A DNA stretch of 64,000 nt, taken from positions 144,584,001 to 144,648,000 of the forward strand of contig NC_086102.1 in NCBI RefSeq assembly GCF_963921235.1, read 5' to 3'. Position numbers and translations under genes: made by a program. The notes beneath the pieces were generated by a model. The model made no database searches. It worked only from the letters and a program-made list of their open reading frames with translations, and had not been told where the DNA came from. Origin of the DNA: Mobula hypostoma. Lineage: Eukaryota. Below are positions 11,515-23,265 of the stretch, piece by piece. Positions within the stretch are counted from its first letter, which is position 1; each line of letters opens with the position of its first letter.

Positions 11515-12172
11515 ACAACATTAAACACTACTTTTGGGCCATGGTTCTCTAACGAACTTTTAAATTATTCTAAGATCAATCTAACCCTTTTAGCCTACAT
11601 AGCCATTCATTCGTCTATCATCTACATGCCGATCAAAGAGTTTATCAAATGCACCTAATGTATCTGCCTCCACACCACCCCTGGTAGGATGTTCTATGCA
11701 TCCACCACTCTCTGTATAAAAAACTTTTCTCTGGCATACTCGCTATACTTTCCTCCAGTTACCTTAAAATTATGCCATTTCCACCCTGGGAGGAATTCTC
11801 TGGCTATGCACCAATCTATGCCTCTTATCATCTTGTACGCTTCCATCAAGTCCTATCTCATCCTTCTTTTCTCCTCGTCCACTCAACCTGTTTTAATAAG
11901 ACACGTTCTGTAGATCAGGCAGCATGGTGGGAAATTTCCTCTGTACTCTCTCTAAAGCTTCTGCATCCTTCCTTTTATGATATGATCAGAATGGCATTGA
12001 CCAAAAATGAACAGAATGCTCCAAGTGTGGTGTAATCAGCGTTTTATAGAGCTGCAACATTGCCTTGTGGCTCTTGAACTCAATCCCTTGACTAATGAAG
12101 GCCAACATACCTTACGCCTGCTTAACCATCTCACCAACTTGCACATCAACTTTGAGTGATCTATGTTCATGT
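11515..12172 (-). mobile_element. Degenerate CR1 LINE, 3' part
   Basis: Similar to 3138-3800 (ttccatgcatccaccactctctg-like, gagctgcaacat, gaactcaatccc motifs). Confidence 0.75.
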
Positions 12173-12619
12173 GCCTTGAATTAGTCTTCACTGAACAACC
12201 AGCTAGCCAGCAAGATGATTCCAAGTCTCTGGAGGTGAATGGCATGCCAATTGTTAATCTAACAAACTCATATAAATAAATGTTGTCATTTAGTAGAGAA
12301 ATGTTCCTGTGGTCTTCAGAGATCTGAGCTACACCAGAGACAGTAGTCTCAAGCTACCTGGGGACCATTTATGACAAGCCAATTAGAATATTCAAGACAC
12401 AAACATTCAGCAATTAACAATTTACAGTATTTACATAAACTGTCATTCTTTTAATAATACAGTATGTTTGCTTGCAAATGATGCACAAAGGGATCAGACA
12501 GTAAGCCCAGAATTTATTGTTGATGACCTAAAGTAACTGGGAAATTGTTCCTCATCAAGTACTTGCTCCATTCTTAGATGGAGTTACTCTGACTCAAGCT
12601 TGTAGCTCAAGTAAAATGC

Positions 12620-12621
<2 letters not shown>

Positions 12622-12664
<43 letters not shown>
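12622..12664 (+). repeat. (TA)n(CA)n microsatellite
   Basis: Seen directly in the sequence. Confidence 0.95.
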
Positions 12665-12990
12665 GGAGCCTCAAGTCCCAACACCACCAGGTTCAGAAAC
12701 AGTTATTACCCCTCAACCACCGGGTTTACAGACACGCTTTCAAGGAACATCTCATATTCTCAGTATTTATAGTTTATTTATTTATTATAATTATTTCTTT
12801 TTTCCTCTTTTGTGTTTGCACAGCTTGTTGTCTTTTGCACATTGGCTGTTTGTCTGTCCCGTTGGGTGTGGTCTTTCGATTCTATTATGTTTCCTGGATT
12901 TTCTGAGTGTACCCGGAAGAAAGCAAATCTCAGCACTGTATATGGTGACATATATGTACTTCAATAATAAATTTACTTTGAACTTTGATA
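12660..12990 (+). mobile_element. Rex1-type 3' end fragment
   Basis: caccaccaggttcagaaacagttattacccc...aataaatttactttgaactttga, homologous to 9160-9460. Confidence 0.8.
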
Positions 12991-13096
12991 ATTAAAGACA
13001 AAGATGAAACCATTAAGTCCAACTCAATTCACAGAATTGGATTACTGAATTGAAAATACACGTGGACTAAGATGTTAACTGTCCTGTGCTATCACC

Positions 13097-13163
13097 AGCG
13101 AGATCATCAGTTGATCTGCCACCTGTCTTCAGGAGTTTCGGCCTGCTTATGATCAAGACTCCC
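13097..13163 (-). ncRNA. Candidate non-circularly permuted hammerhead ribozyme in the HERO 3' UTR
   Basis: GGGAG-UC-UUGAUC...GAAA-CUCCU...GAUCAA-CUGAUGA: stems I and III pair correctly around the core; stem II is imperfect. Confidence 0.5.
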
Positions 13164-13278
13164 TTGAGGTGGTGGGCCAGCAGTGCTAAAGCACCACCTC
13201 CCACTGGTGTGCTTAAAAACTTGGCATCTGCCTCTATCAGAGTTGTTGATCACTTCCATCCATCAGATAGTCTGCTCT

Positions 13279-14706
13279 TCAGGTGTCTATGCAACTACTG
13301 AAGGGTTTGCAAGATATGTATACACTGTCTGACCATCTTCCCCTCTGGACGTACTTGGTCCACACCCATGCTGATCCTTTCTCTGCTGCCTCAGCTACAG
13401 CCCTGCTGGTTGACTTGATCTCTCTTCTAGTGAAGCCAAGGTCACGCAGCCACTTCTGGAAAGTGAACGCAATAAACCCATGGCAGCCTACTTCAAATGG
13501 ATAGCATGAGATCTTCCACCCTCTGTCTCTGCACTCTGATCTTAATTCTGCATACTTGGTTAACTTGCGCTCATGGGCTTCATCGATGTTGTCTTCCCAG
13601 GGGACTGTGAGTTCACCAGTAACCACTTCTCTACTGGTGTCAGACCATATGATTACATCTGGGCACAACGTGGTGAAAGCTATTTGCTCCGGGAAACTGC
13701 CCTTCCCGTCCAGGTCGGCCTTGACACACCAGTCATTGGCTGAAGAAAGTATGCTTGATCGTGAGCCTGCGCTGTACACCCTTGACTTGGAGCTGCTTTT
13801 CACAAACGATATACGATGCTCTGTGCAGCATGGGGCATGAGATAAGTTGTGCTGCAGTACTCTCTGCTCAACCGCTTCTGTTACAACTTTGAGAAAGTTG
13901 TTATGTCTCCAAGTGAACATGCCGCTGGAAAGATTGACTCTGCATGCACTTAAAATATGTTGAAGTGTTCCCTTCTCGCCACAAGCAGCACACCTGTCTG
14001 TCTTATCTTCATACCAGGTGCTGGGGTTGGCAGGTGTTGGGAGCAGATCGTACGCTGCTCTGCATAGTAAAGAAATGCGGAGCGGTTCCATCTGCCACAG
14101 AATATTCCAAGTTAGATGTCGTTGTTCAACACTTTCCCACCTGGTCCAAGCCCCTTGTTTGGCCAGGCCAGCTGTTTTAGCTAACCTCTTCTCCTCTTCT
14201 ACCTCTCGTATTTCTTGTGTTACAAGCTCACGGCACTCCTTACCTGTAGAAGATGACCACCACTTGTGGGTTGTCCATCCAAGTCCCTGGCGGCCTAGCT
14301 GGATAGCTCCAACCTTGTGCTTCAATCTGGACTCTGCCTCATCAACTGCTACATGGGCTGACCACTTCCTGCCTGATCTCACATTCGGCTGGGTGTTCTT
14401 GATGACAGGGTATTTTGAGTCTTGAAGCATCAAGAATGATCTTACTTTGTCTACCTTGACCTCTTCAACAAGGGATTGCACTGGGATGGTAAGCTTTGTC
14501 TGGCTACTGTGGATTGCAACATTGGTGAGGCTGCTCGGTACTCCAAGCCACTTCTTCACATACTTGTTGATCTTCCGTTCGATTGCCTCAACATGGGACA
14601 TTGCCATTTCATAGACAGTTAATGGCCACATTATCCGTGGCATCAGTCCGTACTGCAAGCACCACAACTTCAACTTGCCAGGCAAGCCACACTTGTCGAC
14701 AGACAT
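13279..14706 (-). pseudogene. HERO ORF C-terminal part (RT thumb, CCHC, restriction-like endonuclease)
   Basis: 475-aa ORF with CCHC and PD..E..K motifs, separated from the RT core (14757-15437) by frameshifts. Confidence 0.85.
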
Positions 14707-15440
14707 CAGACCTCTGCTGATCTGTTCTCCTGTCTCTTGAACCCTCTTGGTGTCTCTCAGCTCCTCTGTGTACCATCGCCCAAGCTCTTAACCGGTTGGT
14801 CCTGAATGGATGGAATCTCCTCTCCATAAAGGGTGAAGTGAAAGTCAACCAGCTTTGCTCTCCTAAGAACAAGGCTCCTTGACTTCTTGGTCTTGAAATT
14901 CATTCTTCCCCAATCCATTAGCTCCTCGAGTCTAGATAGTACATTTTCCACTGCCTCCGCGCTGGGACCCAAAAGGGTGAGATCGTCCATGAACGCTCGT
15001 ATTGGTGGTAACTCCTCTCCGCCATCAAGTGCGACACCTGGTCCCACTGATTCTGCAGCCCTCACAATGACCTCCATGGCTAACACAAAAAGGATGGGTG
15101 AAATCGCACATCCCATTGGGATTCCAACATCCAAGCTCTGCCACCTGGTTGTAAACTGCTGAGTGGAAAACCTCATCCGGAAATTGTTGTAGCACAGCAT
15201 AACAAAGTTTCTCACCTTAGCAGGAATCCATACGAATTCCATCGCAAACTCAATCAGGACATGGGGAACAGAACCGTACACATTTGCCAGATCAAGCCAA
15301 ACTACAGCCAGATTTCTTCTCAACCTTTTCAACTCCTGGATGGTATGCCATATCATACTAGAATGTTCAAGGCATCCCGGGAAGCCTGGTATTCCTGCCT
15401 TCTGCACAGATGTATTTACCAATCCATTCTCTATCACAAA

Positions 15441-16319
15441 TGTAACCGGGTGCTGTCGGATCTTATTCAGTATCGTTAAAAGTGTACTTAGGCATCCATC
15501 CGGGTAATGCTAGAATAGTTGTCTGTGCCTTTAAGGGAGACGGTGATGTCATTACGCATGCGCGGATAGTGGGGAGACCATTTTGCTTTCTGCTGAAGAC
15601 GTGGTAAGGCATTGGAATTTGGGTTCTTCCCAGAGTGTGCTGGGCATAGTGAGGAAAGGTGAGCATTAATTGACAATATCCACGTGAATTCGTTTATGCT
15701 TGTTGGCGAATCGAGAATATCGGTAATTTGACATGTTTTACATGTGGATGCTTTAGATTTCCACGAGTGAAGAAATCAAGGCTGGGTAGCGTGGCTTGTA
15801 CCAAGTTCCTCACCATCCAAGTAGGTCAGTCTTCCTGTAATTTAACTACCAGGCAATACCTTGTAAAAATTGTGCCAAAGTGTACCTTTTGTCTAACTTT
15901 ATTGTATCGGGACTGATTGTGCATGTAACCGCGTAACGTGAATGTTTAGTCTGTGTTCGGAAGTTCAGCACGTGTGTACGTCTTACATGAGATGTATTCG
16001 CTTACATTTTTCGCTGTTATGTATAAAATGCAGGGTGGGTGGGATTCTAATGTTGTTTGTATTGTGTTCCTTCAGGATTGCCACTACTGTATTTGTACCG
16101 TATTAGTTCTGGTATTTTTATACTGCATACGCAATTCTGTCCATACACAAGGGTGTGGATCGAAAGTTAAACTGAGATTGTAACGGCAAGAACTGGCTGT
16201 AAATTTGTTCATTTTGTTTCGCGACCCTCTTCTGGTACTTAAACATCGAAAACCGATAGAGGAATTAAAACCCGAAAAAGTCTTTGTTGTCCTGAGCGTG
16301 TACCTTTACCCAGGCTACA
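15441..16319 (+). mobile_element. Solo LTR (family B, copy 1), 879 bp, inside the HERO RT
   Basis: TGTAACC...GGCTACA; TSD caaa at 15437-15440 and 16320-16323; removing it restores ...ERIPSFVIENGLV... Confidence 0.92.
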
Positions 16320-17787
16320 CAAATGAAGGTATTCTTTCTGCCAGAATGCCAAACATAATCTTCCCCTCTACATTCAGGAGTGAAATTGGTCGGAACTGAT
16401 TCAATGTACTACAATTCTCTTCCTTCGGGATGTATACTCCTTCAGCCTCACTCCATGACAAAGGAACAACACCTTGTCTCCACACCACTTTTAACAATCT
16501 CCACAAGTATTTCCTCAGCTGTTCACACTTCTTAAACACCTTATACGGCACTCCATTAGGTCCTGGCACCGAGCCTCACCTTGCCTTTCTGATGAACTGT
16601 TCGACTTCTGCCAGTTTGGGTTCTGACAGATCGAACTTCACTCCTGGCTTGGTAGGCTTCAGAAGCCCTGAAATGTCAAGCAAAGGAGCCTCCCACTGTT
16701 TGTTAGAGTAAATGCTTGCCAGGTGATCCTCAAGATCTTGTTGAGAGATGTTAAACTGCCCGCTCTTACTTTGTTCAAACAGTTTCTTTGTGAACTCGTG
16801 AGGGTTCTCAAAGAATGACTTTCTTGCCTTCTCTCTCTTCTTTCTCTTTTTACGTTGTGACTCTGCACGACGGAGTGATGCTAACTTTATTCGAAAATGC
16901 TCTCGGAGATCAGCAAGCCCTGGCTTGTCACCCTCACTTGCTACCTTCCACCTCTGTCTCAACGATCTAAGCTCTCTCCTCAACCTACTAATCTCCTTCT
17001 GGTGCCTGCTTGGTTGCTGTGTAGGCTTTGCTTTCTTCAACTCAACCAAACCAAACCTGTACTTTCCAGCATTGTAAATCATATCACCCATCACCCCATC
17101 ACTTCCAACTTTCTCGTTGATGTTCCCCTGAGAGTGTTCTCCAACATCATACTGATATCCTCATTAAATACACACCAAGCCTTCTCATCTGCCATTGTTG
17201 GCCACTTGACCTTCCTCTTCTTCTCTACCTCCTCGCCATCGCCATCATGCGAACGATCTACCTGGGTACTGTGGTCTGAAACCTGACCTGGGTTATTTCT
17301 CGTCTGACCTGGAGTATGATGACTCTCTCCAGAGCGAATCGCTGTGGCTTGTGAATCAGTGGTTGAAAAGACCACATCATCTGTGCTCAGTGATGTAACC
17401 TCAGCTTCATCCACTGGGATGGAATAGCTCTTCAACTTTGCTTGGTGGACTCATAAACCTTTAATGCTGGAAGACGCTCTCCAACACCAACACACTGGAC
17501 ACTCAGAGACTCTTATCCAAGCTCTTGTTGGTAGTCATTCCCTGTAATTAACTGTATCCGTCCGATTAGGTCCATCATTCTCCCTCCCTCTTGGAGGACC
17601 CCGAGGGTATGTTTCTAGTTAAACAGTATAATATTGTGCTGTTCAGTAGAACAGCTGTGCAGTTTATATCACGTAGTGATGCTCACTCCCAGTTTAAATT
17701 TTTGAACAGTCAGTAGTGCTTCCCCAATTTTGTTATTTTTAAGTGTAATTTTTTTTTGCCTTTTTTTCTTATCCATGATTCTTTATT

Positions 17788-20205
17788 AACATAGAAACAT
17801 AGAAAATAGGTGCAGGAGTAGGCCATTCGGCCCTTCGAGCCTGCACCGCCATTTATTATGATCATGGCTGATCATCAAACTCAGGACCTCGCCCCAGCCT
17901 TCCCTCCATACCCCCTGACCCCCGTAGCCACAAGGGCCATATCTAACTCCCTCTTAAATATAGCCAATGAACTGGCCTCAACTGTTTCCTGTGGCAGAGA
18001 AGTCCACAGATTCACCACTCTCTGTGTGAAGAAGTTTTTCCTAATCTCGGTCCTAAAAGGCTTCCCCTCTATCCTCAAACTGTGGCCCCTCGTTTTGGAC
18101 TTCCCCAACAACGGGAACAATCTTCCTGCATCTAGCCTGTCCAATCCCTTTAGGATCTTATACGTTTCAATCAGATCCCCCCTCAATCTTCTAAATTCCA
18201 ACGAGTACAAGCCCAGTTCATCCAGTCTTTCTTCATATGAAAGTCCTGCCATCCCAGGAATCAATCTGGTGAACCTTCTTTGTACTCCCTCTATGGCAAG
18301 GATGTCTTTCCTCAGATTAGGGGACCAAAACTGCACACAATACTCCAGGTGTGGTCTCACTAAGGCCTTGTACAACTGCAGTAGTACCTCCCTGCTCCTG
18401 TACTCGAATCCTCTCGCTATAAATGCCAGCATACCGTTCGCCTTTTTAACCGCCTGCTGTACCTGCATGCCCACTTTCAATGACTGGTGTATAATGACAC
18501 CCAGGTCTCGTTGCACCTTCCCTTTTCCTAATCGGCCACCATTCAGATAATAATCTGTTTTCCTATTTTTGCCAGCAAAGTGGATAACTTCACATTTATC
18601 CACATTAAATTGCATCTGCCATGAATTTGCCCACTCACCCAACCTATCCAAGTCACCCTGCATCCTCTTAGCATCCTCCTCACAGCTAACACTGCCACCC
18701 AGCTTCGTGTCATCTGCAAACTTGGAGATGCTGCATTTAATTCCCTCATCCAAGTCATTAATATATATTGTAAACAACTGGGGTCCCAGCACTGAGCCTT
18801 GCGGTACCCCACTAGTCACCGCCTGCCATTCTGAAAAGGTCCCGTTTATTCCCACTCTTTGCTTCCTGTCTGCTAACCAATTCTCCACCCACACCAATAC
18901 CTTACCCCCAATACCGTGTGCTTTAAGTTTGCACACTAATCTCCTGTGTGGGACCTTGTCAAAAGCCTTTTGAAAATCCAGATATACCACATCCACTGGT
19001 TCTCCCCTATCCACTCTACTAGTTACATCCTCAAAAAATTCTATGAGATTCGTCGGACATGATTTTCCATTCACAAATCCATGCTGACTTTGTCCGATGA
19101 TTTCACCGCTTTCCAAATGTGCTGTTATCACATCTTTGATAACTGACTCCAGCAGTTTCCCCACCACCGACGTTAGGCTAACCGGTCTATAATTCCCCGG
19201 TTTCTCTCTCCCTCCTTTTTTAAAAAGTGGAGTTACATTAGCCACCCTCCAATCCTCAGGAACTAGTCCAGAATCTAACGAGTTTTGAAAAATTATCACT
19301 AATGCATCCACTATTTCTTGGGCTACCTCCTTAAGCACTCTAGGATGCAGACCATCTGGCCCTGGGGATTTATCTGCCTTCAATCCCTTCAATTTACCTA
19401 ACACCACTTCCCTACTAACATGTATTTCGCTCAGTTCCTCCATCTCACTGGACCCTCTGTCCCCTACTATTTCTGGAAGATTATTTATGTCCTCCTTAGT
19501 GAAGACAGAACCAAAGTAATTATTCAATTGGTCTGCCATGTCCTTGCTCCCCATAATCAATTCACCTGTTTCTGTCTGCAGGGGACTTACATTTGTCTTT
19601 ACCAGTCTTTTCCTTTTTACATATCTATAAAAGCTTTTACAGTCCGTTTTTATGTTCCCCGCCAGTTTTCTCTCATAATCTTTTTTCCCCTTCCTAATTA
19701 AGCCCTTTGTCCTCCTCTGCTGAACTCTGAATTTCTCCCAGTCCTCAGGTGAGCCACTTTCTCTGGCTAATTTGTATGCTTCTTCTTTGGAATTGATACT
19801 ATCCCTAATTTCTCTTGTCAGCCACGGGTGCACTACCTTCCTTGATTTATTCTTTTGCCAAACTGGGATGAACAATTGTTGTAGTTCATCCATGCAACCT
19901 TTAAATGCCTGCCATTGCATATCCACCGTCAATCCTTGAAGTGTCATTTGCCAGTCTATCTTAGCTAATTCATGTCTCATACCTTCAAAGTTACCCCTCT
20001 TTAAGTTCAGAACCTTTGTTTCTGAATTAACTATGTCACTCTCCATCTTAATGAAGAATTCCACCATATTATGGTCACTCTTACCCAAGGGGCCTCTCAC
20101 GACAAGATCGCTAATTAACCCTTCCTCATTGCTCAAAACCCAGTCCAGAATAGCCTGCTCTCTAGTTGGTTCCTCGACATGTTGGTTCAAAAAGCCATCC
20201 CGCAT
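17788..20205 (-). mobile_element. Young CR1 LINE, 5'-truncated
   Basis: (TTTCTATG)n-like tail (aacatagaaacatagaaa on +) at 17788; uninterrupted 774-codon frame. Confidence 0.95.
17881..20205 (-). CDS. CR1 ORF2 (end of APE endonuclease plus complete RT)
   Basis: SDHN (endonuclease end), KSPGPDG, NYRPVSLTS, YLDFQKAFDKVPH, GVPQGSVLGP, FADD, RPHLEYC, NFFTQRVV. Confidence 0.92.
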   Translation of the reverse strand: MRDGFLNQHVEEPTREQAILDWVLSNEEGLISDLVVRGPLGKSDHNMVEFFIKMESDIVNSETKVLNLKRGNFEGMRHELAKIDWQMTLQGLTVDMQWQAFKGCMDELQQLFIPVWQKNKSRKVVHPWLTREIRDSINSKEEAYKLARESGSPEDWEKFRVQQRRTKGLIRKGKKDYERKLAGNIKTDCKSFYRYVKRKRLVKTNVSPLQTETGELIMGSKDMADQLNNYFGSVFTKEDINNLPEIVGDRGSSEMEELSEIHVSREVVLGKLKGLKADKSPGPDGLHPRVLKEVAQEIVDALVIIFQNSLDSGLVPEDWRVANVTPLFKKGGREKPGNYRPVSLTSVVGKLLESVIKDVITAHLESGEIIGQSQHGFVNGKSCPTNLIEFFEDVTSRVDRGEPVDVVYLDFQKAFDKVPHRRLVCKLKAHGIGGKVLVWVENWLADRKQRVGINGTFSEWQAVTSGVPQGSVLGPQLFTIYINDLDEGIKCSISKFADDTKLGGSVSCEEDAKRMQGDLDRLGEWANSWQMQFNVDKCEVIHFAGKNRKTDYYLNGGRLGKGKVQRDLGVIIHQSLKVGMQVQQAVKKANGMLAFIARGFEYRSREVLLQLYKALVRPHLEYCVQFWSPNLRKDILAIEGVQRRFTRLIPGMAGLSYEERLDELGLYSLEFRRLRGDLIETYKILKGLDRLDAGRLFPLLGKSKTRGHSLRIEGKPFRTEIRKNFFTQRVVNLWTSLPQETVEASSLAIFKRELDMALVATGVRGYGGKAGARS

Positions 20206-20485
20206 AAGATGTCATCAAACAAATGCTGAGCACGTTTTAATGTAGAATAATTATGCACGAGAGAGCTATATCTGTCATAAAGATTTCATTGGATAGCACA
20301 CTTAGGAGTGTGTAACATAGCTACTTTGCACATACCACCAAAAACAAATCTAAGATTGCAACCATCTGCTGCGTTATGCATTTCTGCTGGACCTGAGACT
20401 CTGCCGAACCGCCAGGATCAGCTCTTCCAGGATAAATGTGCTTAACCAAAGTGGATTGGATCTCAAATTAAAATACTTTACATTA

Positions 20486-21015
20486 ATCAGGATCAGAATC
20501 AGGTTTATTTTCACTGTCATATATGATGTGAACTTTGTTGTTTTTCTGAGGCAGTGAAAAGACATAAAATTAATATAAATTACAAGACAAATAAACATTG
20601 TAAAATAAGGAATAATAAAGCTGTGTTCGTGTGCTCATAGACTGTTCAGAAATCTGATGATGGAGTGGAAGTTGCTGCTCCAGAATCACTGAGTGTTGGT
20701 CTTTTTCTGTCTTTACCTCCTCCCTGACCATAGTAACAGGAAGAGAGCATGTCCCAGGTGGTTAGTGTCCTTATTGAGGGATGCCACCCTCTTGACGCAC
20801 TGTCCTTTGAAGAAGTCCGCGATGGCATGGGGGGGTAGAGCCTGTGATGGGGCAGGCTCAATCCACCACCCTCTGCAGCGCCTCGCGACCTTGTGCATTG
20901 AAGCCTCTATATCAGGTGGTGATGCAACTGGCAGGAGTCTTTGGTGATGTGTCAAATCTCCTCAAACTCCTAATCAAGTAGTGCTGCTGCTAATGTGCCT
21001 TCTTTGTGATTGTAT
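20486..21015 (-). mobile_element. Degenerate Rex1-type 3' part
   Basis: aatcaggatcagaatcagg tail; translation KDTNHLGHALFLLLWSGRR. Confidence 0.75.
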
Positions 21016-21969
21016 CAGTCTGTTAGGCATAGGGCAGTTGCTTCTATTCCCTGCATTCTCCAGTTAAGAGGTTGATCAATCACCCCTTTCCCTAATTTTT
21101 GCCTGTGATGAACAGTGCATAACCCTGTCCTCCAATTGTCAAGTCTGGTCAGGTGTGTTCTTGCTGCCAGGTGCCTGATCCTATGTGTCCGTCTTTGCTC
21201 ACCTAATAAGGCCATCCTTACAGTACACAGCCTTCAACGAACAACTGCATTTCCAATGCCTCCATTCTGCTTATCCAATGCAGCTTAATCGTTACTGCCT
21301 GAATGACCGCTCAGTAGCAATGGTGTGGTGATAAAAGTTCTGCAGGACCTTACCCTTTGATCATCTCTGTGGATGATAATGGGCATGTTCTGTGGGCATT
21401 GTCTCTTTGTGGAACCCCAGCCAAGATGAATCATCACAGATGAAGGCACAGCGTGCACAGCACAAATTCCATACCACATTTGGAGTTTCTCCCTCAACTT
21501 AAATCCTGTGAGAAAAGGGTATTTTAAGGGAATCTCTTCAAATCTCTTTCTTTAGCAAAGAATTAGTAACATTAAAGATGGGACTCCGCCACTGGATCCA
21601 CAAAGTCTAGCAACAGACACAGTGGCATCTGTCAGTCTGTGTATTTCTGATGCAACAGGCTTGCCAAAGTCTGGCAGAATCCAAAAATGGAATGTGGAAT
21701 TTATTCATAAGGAAAAGAAGCCTCACAACTCACAAGTGATGACATCGCTAAGAGTTTTAGATAAACCCTCTTCCTGTCTCAAATAATACTGGGCATTTTA
21801 TGAAAATGCCAATGCTTAACAACTCCATTAAATAATGTTGATTGTATTACCACAGATCCTAAATGAAAACCCAAACGGCAAGAAGGTTCCTTTGCAAAAG
21901 ATATTAATACAAAAACTTGCTGCTAAATACAAAACTACAAGCTGAATGTGTAAACAAACTGCTACAGCA

Positions 21970-22125
21970 GGAACTTGCATTAAAATATCACTTTTTACAT
22001 GGTGAAATATTCCTTGGTGTTTCCTTAAAAAAAACTTGACACTAGGCCACAAGTTATTTGAATAAATTAGCAAAAACACTGTCAAAGAGTTAAGCTTTAA
22101 AGAGTGTATCAATGAATGAGAAAGA
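21970..22125 (-). mobile_element. Degenerate L2-type 3' end
   Basis: aacttgcattaaaatatcactttt is the reverse complement of the L2/DeuSINE tail (tataaatgcaagt); gtcaaagagttaagctttaa follows. Confidence 0.45.
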
Positions 22126-23074
22126 TGGAGATGAAAACACTATTACATAAGGCACATTTACTTGAGGTGGGATAACGAAAATTAGTAACAGGCAAAGGAC
22201 AGAATTATAATGACAAAATCTCACAAAGCTGCAGGCTCAGAGGTATTTACTGGACAGTAAAGGGCAAGGTCAAGCATGTTTCTGGGCTGCTACAAAACAT
22301 GTGACCATAGTTGTTCATATCTTTTAATATGATTGCAACAAATGTCTTTTCTACTTACCAATATTTTCTTGCAAAACACTTGATTTTTTTTTGCTGTAAT
22401 TTGTCTGCTAAGTACATTCACAGTTATGCTGACATCTTCAGGCAAGTGAAATTTTCTTCAGTCATGGAGTTCCTTCCCATAATGAGCACAATTATTATAG
22501 GATGTTCTCAGCTGCAGGTATTCTCAGGTTAGGTAAAATCAGTACCTTAAGTCAGCATTGCCCAATTAGCTTCAGTCATGTATCCTAAGTTAATGCTGAC
22601 ACTTAACCTTTTGCCTTTGGTCAATTGTGTCAAGATCATCGCCAGTAGCCAATACTGATATCACTGCTCTCAGTCCTTGACCAGTAGTGCCCCTACCTTC
22701 CTTGGTCAAAGCAGCCATTCTAATTCTCCATCTGACAAAGCATATTTGTTACAATGAGACACAAAGGAAGCTTGTGGATCAGCACCTCATATTCTCTCTG
22801 GGATCTGGGCACATTGCGGCTTTACAGGCACATAATCAAATTTCAACTTTCCACAACTTGCTTTGTGACTTGATCAAAACTGGCTTTTTTTTTGCTTTCA
22901 GTCATTGATATTACACCTGTGATGTTCATGTTCTAATTTGTTTCTTCTCCCCATTTCCCTCATTAGCACATCTTGATCCACAACTGGCAAATGTTCACAA
23001 TTATTTGTCATCCTCTAACTCCCGAGTAACAAGTCAAAGCTACAGCACTCCTCATCTTGACATTACTTAAGGGC

Positions 23075-23265
23075 AATTTGTAATTAACCTTCTCCTCTTG
23101 AATCTCTGGCACGTGGGAGGAAACTGGAGTACCCAGAGGAAGCAGGGGAACTCCGGAACTCCATGTAATTACAGGGAAAACATGGAAAATTTATACAGAC
23201 AGCTGAGGCCAGGATTGGACCCAGCAGTGTGAAATAATGTCAGGCTCTACTAGTTATGCTGCTGT
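23075..23265 (-). mobile_element. Degenerate tRNA-derived SINE (V-SINE-like)
   Basis: gtgggaggaaactggagtacccagaggaa core shared with 30105-30130 and 31856-31890. Confidence 0.65.

Larger units (their letters stand above)
13000..17620 (-). mobile_element. Near full-length HERO-like non-LTR retrotransposon (RLE endonuclease), frameshifted and interrupted by a solo LTR
   Basis: Pieces in order: degenerate N-terminal zinc finger (GL*VHQAK, ~17440-17500), VKWP, PGPNGVPY, FRPISLLNVEGK, WLDLANVYGSVPH, GIPMGCAISP, FMDD, CCHC knuckle CAACGEKGTLQHILSAC, RLE motif PDVIIWS..ELTVPWE..KLTKY. End coordinates are approximate. Confidence 0.88.

Noticed and set aside
17858-18550. 230-aa plus-strand ORF, and similar ORFs at 5302-5817 and 14018-14425
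   Set aside because: Antisense frames of LINE ORFs.
22547-22606. Inverted repeat ttaagtcagcatt / aatgctgacacttaa as a pre-miRNA
   Set aside because: Short stem with a ~30-nt unpaired loop; does not fit pre-miRNA geometry.
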